Assembly (NCBI GenBank): GCA_046563655.1
Contig: CM102287.1
Span: 4,402,001-4,466,000, forward strand
Direction of reading: 5' to 3'
Origin: Yuukianura sp. NJ FZ-2021
Lineage: Eukaryota
DNA length: 64,000 bases
Position 1 is the stretch's first letter, and each line of letters starts with the position of its first letter. Below, one piece after another: positions 53,001-64,000 of the stretch. A program made the position numbers and the translations under genes. The notes beneath the pieces are model-generated. The model saw nothing but the letters and a program-made list of their open reading frames with translations, was not told where the DNA came from and did not search any database.

Positions 53001-56000
53001 ACCCATCCAACTTTTCAACTTTCAACCTAACTTCAATTTTTAACTTAACTTTTCAACTTTAAACTCAAAACCTCAACAGCCAATTCAAATTCTCAACTTT
53101 GACAACCATCGAAAGGGAATACACAACTTTAGAATTATTTTTTAAGCACTGAAATTCGACATTAATTTTGAACTGGATTCTAACTTCTGAATTTCAACAC
53201 AACTCAAAATTCTTGTTCTGAAATTTCAATTCAACTCCAATTTTAAAAATTCAGTTGAAAATTTCCACATTTCGACTTCGGACTCCTATTTTTTGACTTT
53301 CCAACCCCCATTTTTCAAAATTCAACTCAAAATTTCGACTTTTGGAGTCTCTTACTCAATTCCTGGGCTTTCCAGCATGAGTAAGGCGAAATTCCGGGAA
53401 TGTAGAAAAAGCGGGAATCGTTTGATAGCGATCTGGAACTACAGTGGAAGAAAGTATGTTAAGGTTGAGACAAAATCCAATTTGGGCGGGAGTGTAAAAG
53501 GGGCAAGGATTGGAGATGAAATAAAAATAGTCATCTCATAATATGATAGGAAACTGAAAATAATAGTTCAACAGAATCCACTTCTGCTTCTACTTTCAGC
53601 CCTACTCTTCCTCTCATCATCCCAAATGGCAGAGGAATAGTCGCAAAGGCGACAGCCTGGCGACACAAAATCACAATACAACTCACATAGCACCAGAACA
53701 CCAAAAAAGTACAATTGGCACAAAATACTTTCTCCTTTTTCAGCGGGAACTTCAAAAGAAGGGAAAATTCAAAATTTCAAAAAATGCGTTTTTCCTATAG
53801 ATGCATTTCTTACAAACTCCGCTCAAATTTTCAGAAAATTAAACAACTAACTGCACTGTATTGATCCAGTTAAAAATCTCCGATCAGTTAAAAAGTACCG
53901 ATCTGCAGACCTTACTTGATTGAAATTTTTAGGCAAACCAGAACTTTTTTTGAAAATTTTAGTTTATTTTATTTTTTGAAAATATCATTTCAAAAGACGA
54001 AACAAAGTGTAACAAGATTTGAGCTGTTTCTTGGTACAGTTGTTCATGATAATCTCATAGTTTATGACTTTTCCTAGTTTTTGTACTAGAAGTGTATTGC
54101 TCTCCAAAGTGTCTTGCATTTATGACTCCAATCCTTTTGTCTTTTCCAAGGACAAAAGACACTTTCACTTTCAAATTTATACGCTCCAAAGCCTCACATC
54201 CTCTCAAGAGCCAAAATTCTCAGAAATTTCAAAATTTCCAAAATCCCCCGAAAATCCTACAGTTTTGATGATGACAAATGACTAAGTCCCCACGGTGGTG
54301 GTCAGTTTAGAACCAAAAGTGAAATCAATTCGCACGAAGAGAGAAGGAGAAGGTGGTGGGTTGATAAATTCTAAATGAAAGTAAACTGTTGCACTTCATC
54401 TTCAAAATTTCAAAAGTAGTGGAAGTGGAAGAAGATCAAATTATGAAAGTTTGGTAGAGAGAAAATTCTCAGGAGAGGAATTAGGAGAAAGTCTATTCCT
54501 TGGCAGGTTCTGCGTGCACATCATTCAAACTCAAAAGTTGCCGCCACGAGTTCAAAACCTTCTCCCTCCGCATCATTACTTCCATTTAACTCACTAATCA
54601 CCCGCCACATTTCTCACTCTCTAAACTTAACAAACGAAACCATCACCAACAATTTCCATATGAATCTCACCTTCTCTAAAATATTCCAAATTCTCACACA
54701 ATCCAAAAATCAACTTTCCAAAAATTTTCTTTTCAAAATTTACAAATTCAACCAAAAAATCACAACATAGCAGAAATTCGTTCTGGACCTCTAAAGAAAT
54801 TTAGAATTTTACTTAGAATTTGGAACTTCGCGTCTTTCAATTGAATCTCTGTAAACAAATAAGAATGATCTCAGAAAGTGCGAACATCGCTTTGCGCCCG
54901 TGAAATTTGGAATTTCCTTCCCCCTTTTTGGTGAAGTTGTCCCACCGGAAGACTTTTTTAGTTGGACCGTGAAAAGTGTTCAGGAGAAAAGTCCGAAAAG
55001 CTCCTTTTTCCATGTGACAAGAAGGAGTTAAAAGCTAGACTCCCATAAATTTCCAACTTCAAAAAAGATTAGAATCAGAGCCAACAAACCAACAACCAAG
55101 AACGTTCGCCCGCCAAGCTCAAAAACCATAAATTTCAAAGACATCCAAATGACGAATGTTATTTTTTGCAACGTACAAAGTCTCAACATCCACAAATCAG
55201 CTGCTTCACCGCCACTGTCTTCTTCTTAAACTGAACAGAGTGACAGAAACGGATATTAGACAAATCCTGTTTGACTTTCTTAGGTAACTGGCAGTCAGTT
55301 TCCAGCATCAACTTTCTCTTTTCAAAGAACCCGCCAAAAAAAGAGCGGGAAATATTTTAAATCATTCCGCCAAAGTTGACAAGAGCTACTCCTCCTCCTT
55401 CGCTCTGATTGAGGGCGGAGGGTTAGGTAAGAAAAGATCCAAGAATATTTAGAGGCTTCTTGGAAAAAAAATAATGGAGAAAGTACAGGAAAGAAAAAAA
55501 GTTTTCGTTTTTCCTGTTTTCGTTCCTTTTCCACATGAAAATTTGGAAAAAAGTATCAAGCTCATCCATCCAAACAGACGAAACAACAAAGTCGTGGAGG
55601 CGAACCTCCCGCGAGCTCCTCCAAAAAGCAAAAAAAGTTAGAAGAAAAGAAAACAATGAGATTTGGGCGTCCAGGAGACAATAGGATGCGACATGGGAGA
55701 CGCTCTCAAACGTAGAGAGAAAGACACAAGGCCACCACGACAAAAAAAAACAAAAAGAAAGTCGTTTTCTACTTTCACTTTCCAGAAAATTTGTTTGAAA
55801 AAAACGCGCCAGCAAAAAGAAAAACACACGGTAATAAATTACAGCCGAGAAGAAGGAGTCCTTAGGAAGCTCAACTTTCACTTTTTAACTTTCTCAATTT
55901 CGTTTTCTCAAAAAAGCGCCACCCACCCTCAGTAAAACTCCGCTTTTTCATTTGGACCCCCCGAAATCTTCAATTTGCTCAAATTTGCATCTCGGCCCCG

Positions 56001-58960
56001 CCCTTCCCACCAGCCCCACCTTCTGCCCCACCAGAACCCACGAAAAACAAATGGGCAATAAAGGAAGAAGAATCTGCAACTTTCTGGGATGAAACTTAGA
56101 CAAAAAGTTTCTAATTGCCGCCGTTCGGTTGCTCAATGCTGCCAGCACCGTGCTGGCTGCAGCTTCCGAAAATTCCAAATTAAGAAGATGACAACAAAGT
56201 TTTCTTTTTCGCGGGTGAAAGTTGTGCGGTGAAAGTTGGCGCCACTTTAAGTGGTGGTCAATTGAAGCAAGGGGAAAAAAGTAAGGAGACCCCATAATGT
56301 GCGAGCCAAAAGCTTTTGTGATGCTGGTACTACTGCCAGCACCGTGCTGGCAACATTCGACTAAAGTTGTGAGGGTTCGAACCAAGGTTCTGCCCAAAAA
56401 TAACTTCCGCCCTAAACTTAACTTGAGTAGAATCTAATATCAATTATTTGAAGCCCTCCCCTGCTGCTACTGGACAGACGGAAATTGCTCGAAGTAGCCT
56501 ACTCTACTTCCATTTCCACTAACCTAAAACCTAACTTGGTAAGGCTAAAACCTAACTGGTTAGGCTAAAACTTGGTTAGGATAGGGAGAGAAAGTGACCA
56601 AAGCCTAATCCCACTGTCCACTTTCAATCATTATCCCCCAACCTCTCATCATCCCATTATAAGCCACTCCAATCAAAATAATATACGTTTCAATTCCATT
56701 AACCAACATCATCCCAAACCGATTCACTTTCCACAAACTCACAAAACAAAAATTCGAACAATTGTAAGAAAAATTTACTTTGAACTTTTTTTTTGAAATA
56801 TGTTGAAACATTTGAAAAAAAAATTCTCACTCACAACGAAATTTTCTTTCTTGAACCAGCCAACTTTCCACAAAAAATAAGTGAGCACTCAGTTTAGAAA
56901 AACGCAACAATATTAGGTTGAAATTTTGAAATAACATTTTTTGATTTTGTTTTGATTTCACAAAGTTGTTGAACTTTCAAAAAGAAAACAATAAAAAAAA
57001 AACATTTTTCATTTTTGCTGAGTTTAGAAAAAGTGAGTTGGCAGTTTTTGATTAAAAGCGGCAAATGATTTAAGAGGGAAAACTCAATTGATGTTCTATT
57101 TACAAGCTGATACAAATATTGGCAGTACCGTAAAATTCCAACTTTTAGAAACGATTTGTAGTACCGTAAATGCGCAACTCACGCTAAATTATAAGTTATA
57201 CACCAGTTGATGTATTAAAAGATACTTTAGTATAGTTGAAGGATTTTCCCTTCCAGTTAGCTCTGAGTTTTTAGACTGATGGTGATGATGATCCTTTGAC
57301 TTCAATACGAGCCCAGTGGCTCTATTCGACCTTGTACGGTACTTGAAATAATGGTTTCAATCTAAAGGAAAAGAAGCGTTTTGAGACCAGGAGCAGAAAT
57401 CAATCTAAATTCGAAAAAACAAGGCAGGTCCATGGTCCAAACTTTCTCCTTGTGCTTACTATTAGTCTAGGGTTTAGGTTTTCCGTTAGGTTTAGCTTTT
57501 CAGTTAGGTTAAAGGCAGAAAGAGACATGGGAAATTGGGAATGAGGTTTTTACACGGCCCATTTCATTCAGCCGTAATTCCACTCCTTGTTTATTTAATC
57601 AAGATTTCGACATATTTATGGATCCGAAAGCATTCCGCCCACTTTCCCCTCTCCCACTGCTCCCTCAATCCTCTCCCGCAACAGATTGAGGTCGGTGGTT
57701 CGTCTCGCAGCTACGCCGAAAATTCAAAAAAGATATTCCGGGACTTCGAACACTACGCGCCCTCTGTCTCAACTTTCTCCAACTTTCACCAAAAACCTGT
57801 TCGAAATCTTTCCTTTAAAACGCGCCTTTTCTTTCGCTTCCTGCCTCAGTTTCTCTCCAACCTCCGAACAGAATGTAACCGCTCATGAATTTTACCAAAA
57901 CCACTTTCACCATATCACTTTCTCCAAAAAAAATTTAAACTAACCTATTTTTGCAAAAACAGTAAGAAATGTCTGAAAAATTCAACCGACATACGATTAC
58001 TTTTAGTGAAAAGTCTGAAATTTTTTTTTTAAATTTGTTCTAACTACCGGAAAATAGAAAGCGCTTCGTCGCTCGTTCTCTAAAAAAATCCTAACCTAAC
58101 ATAAAATCAGCTAACTACCCGAACTTTTTCTTTTCTTCTGCGCTTCTTCGTGAAACCAGAACTTAAATTCAAGGAGAAAGCTGCGATAAGAACTTGTTCG
58201 TTCATTAATGAAGGTGAGTTCATCTGCTTTGTCTCAAGTGGGGAAAGTGTGAGTTGAAAAGTAATCAGGAGCGGAGAGGAGGTGATTGGATCTCGAGAAT
58301 GAGAAAATGTCTCACCTTGTCCAATTTCCTTCCATTTCCAGTGAAATTGGAATTAAAAGTTAGTCTCATCTCCCCATCCCATCTTCCACAATTTCCTTCT
58401 ACCATCCTTTAGTCCATCTCATTTGCAATGAATCAGAGCCACTCCACGCAAACCCACCGAACCATCTCTAATCTCCCCTTCAACTCCAACTCTCTCTGGA
58501 CAGTGTCTCCTCACTCCAATTGTTTTCCTAAATTAAAACCTTCCCTACAAAATGTACAGAGTGTACACAATGTACAAAAGTGTACAGAATGTATAGTATA
58601 AAATAGGCTGGGAATCCAGTCCCTACACATCTCTCACCGCCATTCTTAATTCAAAAACAACCCTTCTTCCCGCTCTGCCTCCACAAAAAATAAACCTGAA
58701 ACAGACGAGCTCCAGGGGACGAAATCACAGAAACACACCGACTTCAACTTCAAACTTCAACAAAAAAAAAGTAGGGAAAAAAACGAGAAAAAAACAAAAC
58801 AAGGAACTTGAAGACGCCGCACCGTTTCAAAACTGGCGTGGGAAGATGAACCCAAATGCACATAAAATCATAAAAACAACAAAAACGATTCAAAATGTCC
58901 CTGGTTTCAATTTAGAACAAAAATTACAGCGTGGCTCAAAAGTAGATTTCCTATTGTATG

Positions 58961-59162
58961 TACAGTAGAGCCCAAATCTTTGTACAAAGAAAATTCTTCC
59001 AAAACACAGTCAAAATAATATCAATATGCGAATTAACCTGTTCCGTTTGCATTCAGTTTTTGGTTGAAACGTATACAGTGCTGTGCAAAAAAAAATTGTC
59101 AGAGAAAACAAGCAAACTTTTTCTTCCCTGTGTAAAATACAGCCCCTGTGCAGAAATATTTT
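58961..59162. mobile_element. Possible Tc1/mariner-pogo terminal remnants
   Basis: TA-CAGTAGAGCCC, TA-CAGTGCTGTGCAAAA and TA-CAGCCCCTGTGCAGAAA resemble ITm TIR starts. No matching opposite end was seen. Confidence 0.3.
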
Positions 59163-60358
59163 TAGACGGAACGCAGTTTCACGGATTTGAAAAATTGCAC
59201 TTTCTCCATTCTTTTGTAAACCCGGTTTCTCCATTTTTTAAACCAAGAATTCAGTTTCTTCGTTTTTTGAATGTTGGAGCTTTTCTCTGGAAGTAAGTAT
59301 AGAGTGTTCCCGTTGTTTTGCGTGGTTACGATCCTTTTTATCTTGGAAGCTGGGCCTTGGGGAGCGGTTGAATTTGATGTTTGTGATGTTGGAAGGCAGG
59401 AGTAAATGGTTGGTTGTGATTTGGTGTTGTGGACAGGGCGTGAGTTGGATTAGTGGTGACTGGAATGGTTCCTTTGTGGCTCTCCAGATCAGAATCACTC
59501 CAAACACTTTCCCCTGAGACACTTTCTCCCGCTCCAATCTCCTTTTGAATATTTCAAATACAACATTCAAACTCTGCCGCCTCTTTCTCCTAGGTAGGGA
59601 TCAACCTCCTACACACCTTCAATTATTCATCTACTGCAGTGCAGTTAGCAGGTGAAAGCACATGAAACACAATCCACATTTGCATTCTGACCAACATCAT
59701 CCTACTTCTGCGCTTTAGTCACTCCTCCTCCCTTTCATCTCTTTTCTCCTTTGTCCCATTCAACATCATGCACGTACGATCACCGACACAGGAAACCCAA
59801 ATTATGCAACACTTCCTCCCCAGTCACTTCAAAAGTACAGAGCGTCTCAAAAAAAAACTCATTTCGAAATTTTAAACAAAATAATTTTAAATAATTTTTC
59901 CACGTTCCGTGTTTTCTTAGTTTTGTACTACAAAATTTATGTCGTTTAGTCTTAAATTTCAAAAGCTACGAAAATTTTGAAATTTTAAAAACCGACATTG
60001 CTTTTGAACCGATGTGTACATTATCCCGTCTCCATCCGCACATTTCCTAACAAAGTTTGAAGATTCGAAAATTTTAAAATTCTGCTCAACATTCTGAGAT
60101 TTCTAAAACTCGCAACCGCAAATTTTCGTTTCGGTACGACATGTACCGGTTTGATTATTCCAGGAATCGTACCGGTTCGAAATTAGTTTTTCGGTACACA
60201 GTAACGGCTAGAGATTGAAATGAGTGGACCAATCAATACATCACGACAGAGGGGGACAGATGAGAGTGGTTCATTGGCTGACCAGTGTGTAGATGGAGTG
60301 TGGTTGCCCTAGAGACCGTGTGACAACGACACAAAGTATTACAGAAACTGGAGAAAGC

Positions 60359-60850
60359 CAAGGTAACTAAACATAAACAAACACGCGCTTTCTAAGGTAG
60401 TCTCACGAGGGGTTTTTTAATATTTTTTTGCGATATTTTTTGGTGGGGCGGATTGTTTGTTTTTTAAACATTCCTCTGACAACGTTTCCCTTCGGTCGGA
60501 GTACAAAATCTAATTCCTCCATTGTGACCATCCATTGTACCCAATCGTCGGGCATGTGGTTTACATTGATTTTAGGATTGGAAAATGGAGTAAACAAATT
60601 TTACGCTTATAACTACTACAAGTTCAATAGAACTGAATGACAAATTAGTTGATTTGCGTAAAATACTGAACGCGGGGTACAACTAACACATCATTGTTAC
60701 CTCAACCAACCTTTGCACGAATTTTATACAGTTTTATTTCCTTGGAAACCGAACAATCCGCCCCACCAAAAAATATCGCAAAAAAAAATTAAAAAACCGC
60801 TCGTGAGACTACCTTAGAAAGCGCGTGTTTGTTTATGTTTAGTTACCTTG
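60359..60850. mobile_element. 492-bp MITE with ~99-bp TIRs and an 8-bp TSD (P- or hAT-superfamily type)
   Basis: TIRs 60359-60457 and 60752-60850 (caaggtaactaaacataaacaaacacgcgctttctaaggtagtctcacgag...). The direct repeat GAGAAAGC flanks it at 60351-60358 and 60851-60858. Termini are CA...TG. Confidence 0.92.
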
Positions 60851-63621
60851 GAGAAAGCCTTCCAGAAGTTTCCCTAAGGCTTCTGCAGAGCGATGTGGGT
60901 CAAAGTGGTCTCCGAGGCCCAACTTTCGTCTAATCTGATTCCATTATTGGATCACATTTCAATGCAGATTTCAAAGCTACAGAGAGACTCCAACTTGGAA
61001 ATGAATCTAAATTGGACCCCGTCCAAAACCTATCCACGTCTCCTGGCCCCACCGCAGTTTGGCCCCACCGCACTTTGGAAAGGTAGTTCTATCTGATTCC
61101 CTTAAAGACCCACATTCTTTTCCTCCTCCCTGGGAAAAATGATCTCTGATTCTGAGATCTCAATTCCCCAGAATCCACTCTATATTTATGTATGACTCCT
61201 CAACTACGAAACCCATTTATTCAACTCAGCATCTCCAAGGGAAATGAACTGATTCCCCTCGCAGATAAACCCACAACCACCTTCCTCTCCCTCATCACTC
61301 AAAACACACGCCACTCAGCCTACGAACAATCAAAAAACTACGCCAAAATTATTCAAATTGCTTCAATGTACGAGAAAAGCAACGGCGGTTTCTAATTCTC
61401 AAAAAACGCCAAACAAAAGCCAAAACGAAAACATTTCAACTCGAAACAACTCCGCCAAAAACTGATTCAAAATTTGTAAAATTTCAAAATTTCAAAATAA
61501 ATTTACACATTTCTTAAACAAAATTCAACGAAAATGTCACACTACGATTGTTTCGATTCAAATATTTTCAAGAAACAAAATCCCTGTCCAAAATCCATAT
61601 TTTTAAAACGAAACACCAAATCGCCCAAATCAGTATTAAAAAAAAGCCGCTCAAAGCCGCCATTATTTTTTTTGTCTCGAGTACCGTTTCGTTCCGGTAC
61701 CGGAGTTGGTTCCGATCCATGGCTTTCCTTTCTCCAGTTACCTTTGCCTATGGGATATTATTGTAAAAAGGTAGTATATGATTGGATCAGAGTGGAATTT
61801 GGATGGAATGGACAGGAGGAAGAACATTGAAGGAAGCTTTTTGTAGTAGTAGCTTTGAAATGGGCAATGAAATCCAGTTGCCTTGTTCTTATTTGCTAGA
61901 GATGGACTCAATACTCTTCCATTTATCAGACACATTATGCAAAAGACCTCATCCTAAACTCTTCTTTCTCCGCACTTTCCCCAACAGAGGAGAAAGCGCG
62001 GGAAAGCCAAAGGCTGCAGAGAGCTTGTCTGAAGAAGCAACTGAAATGCAGACCACGTTCTGCCTTCCATTTCCATTCCGCTGTCTCTCTCATCAGAAAG
62101 AACAAAGGAAAAGGCAGCCCCACTTTCTTTCTACAGACACGAACTTACTATACACTTCGCTCTGCTCGGAATTTAAAGAAAACCAGGTAGGAAATCCAAT
62201 GACGAATTTTTATTTCCAGCCTCTTCTCTCACTTCGGAATTAAAACCCGAATCCAAAGTCGCACTCAAACGTACGTTTTTAAGGCCTAACCTGAAAACCT
62301 AACTTCCCTCCCTCTCTACGGACTCTTACAGCTTAACAATTGTAATTTATTCATGAAATTTGCCGGTGAGTGAGCAGAAGAGACGCTCTCTGATGACTTT
62401 CTCGACTTCACTTACTCGAATCCTCCCTCCCCACAATCAACCCCTACTTCCCCCGCCCCCAATTTCAAAATTATGTTTTGTGCAATTACCTTCTGACAAT
62501 TTCCCTCCTGTAACACGAGATTCACAGCGCCAGTTCCGTAAAACCAGAAACACTATCACAAACTTTCAAGTTATTCAACTTTTACCGTCTTTCAACTTTT
62601 GGATATTTTCAAATTTCAAAAAATTATCCGAATTTTCTAATCCACGTTCAGTAAAACCTTTGCCAAAAATCATGAAAACAGTTCAGAACTTTGATTTTGA
62701 CAGGAACTATAGCACCATTTAAAACGAGGTTTAACAACGGCGCTCAAGCACTCACAGCACTACTTTTTTCAAACTGAACTTTTGTTCTACTTTTTCCAAA
62801 AGTTCTAAATTTTCCGAATTTGGAAAAAGGTGTTGATGAGTCAGAGGAGTTGAAAAGACAAAAGAGGAAGGAACAATGAAGGTGACAACTACTCTCCTGT
62901 CTTATTTTGAACAGACTCCACTAAATTCTGGCTCAAAAGAATTAGAGAGTGAGTCACCCCGAAGAACAGAAAGACTCTCAATTGTTCCTTATCCACTCCA
63001 AGTCCACTTCCACAAACACTTCCCTCGGCCTAATCTAATTGTAGCTAAACCTAACAACACTTTGACCTCAAACTGACCTCCACACCCCACCATAGTCCCA
63101 CCTGATCCCCAGCCACACAAATTCCTAACGCCAACATTGCCAGCATAACCTAACATAGCTTCCAAATTACAACTTCTTTCTTTATTCTAACTTTCAACTT
63201 TTAGTTTTATTTCGACCCAAAAAAAACTTCCTTCTAGCTAAAACAAAGTACAAAAACTTTCATCAGCTTTTCATTTTTCCAATTCGCAAAATTTTTGAAG
63301 AAGCTTGAACGCCATTTTTATAAAATCATTTGTAAAAGATCTGAAATTATTTTTTACAATCAAGTTCAAACAGGGATTTCAATTCGCTAAAATTCACGAG
63401 AAAAAAAAAGTAAAGTTAACCTTAGTTTACTCACTGTCGATGCCTTGGAGATTGAATCTGTATGAAGTAACATTATGTTTGGTTAACCTGATTAGGCTAA
63501 GGTTAAGCTAATGTTATGCCATGCTTCATCAAATTGAACATGTTAGGTTATGGTAAAGAGATTGTCTATAAAAAATGCGACGCAGGTGACACTGGGAGCC
63601 TCACTTTGTCCGAAGCAGGTG

Positions 63622-63852
63622 AATTCGTAAACTCAATTTCGTAAACAGTCAACTCGTAAACACGCAATTCGTAAACCGTCAATTCGTAAACACCCTAATT
63701 CGTAAACATGCGAACTCGTAAACAACCAAATTCGTAAAACTCTCAATTCATAAACATGGCAATTCGTAAACAAGGGCAATTCCTAAACATCTCAATTCGT
63801 AAACAGTCAATTCATAAACGCAGTGAATTCGTAAACATTCGAATTCGTAAAC
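63622..63852. repeat. Array of ~15 AATTCGTAAAC cores with 3-6 nt variable linkers; probably a transposon subterminal repeat
   Basis: Period is about 15-16 bp; the core is conserved and the linkers vary. Confidence 0.85.
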
Positions 63853-64000
63853 TTCATACCAAAAAATATATATTTTTCCCCCGCAAATGAAATTTCAAAT
63901 TTTTGGAAATTTTTGACCTTTGAAAATTCTCCATAAGGTTACATGTTAATTTTTTTTTTTTGAAATTTTTTTTATTCAGTTTATGGATTTAATTGCAGCT

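Noticed and set aside
57124..57343. agtaccgta...tacggtact as pogo-like MITE ends
   Set aside because: The inverted match is only 9 bp.
21165..63511. Numerous 60-170 aa ORFs in the zfh1 intron or upstream region
   Set aside because: Mostly non-ATG starts, F/K/L/S-biased composition, no domains and no splice-consistent chains.
63622..63852. CRISPR array
   Set aside because: Repeats are only 11 bp with 3-6 nt linkers, the context is eukaryotic, and there are no cas genes.

Overview
Eukaryotic (arthropod-like, probably pancrustacean) genomic DNA with GT-AG introns. There are three protein-coding genes. (1) The 3' end of an FG-repeat nucleoporin, Nup153/POM121-type (+, <1..1412). (2) Hyperkinetic/Kv-beta, an aldo-keto-reductase-fold K+ channel beta subunit (+, 8 coding exons, 7667..12081, 402 aa). 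(3) zfh1/ZEB, a zinc-finger homeodomain gene (-, 11 identifiable exons, 42464..15259, 5' end not found). About 44 kb is zfh1 intron or upstream DNA carrying a MITE with TSD, minisatellites, a tRNA-like relic and dispersed motif clusters. The strongest finding is an apparent programmed stop-codon readthrough cassette in Hyperkinetic: UGA-CAA-UCA, a 16-bp GC-rich stem starting after a 7-nt spacer, and a 63-codon extension ending in a CaaX-like CKMQ. This predicts a prenylatable Kv-beta isoform. All exon boundaries and motif scans were done by eye.
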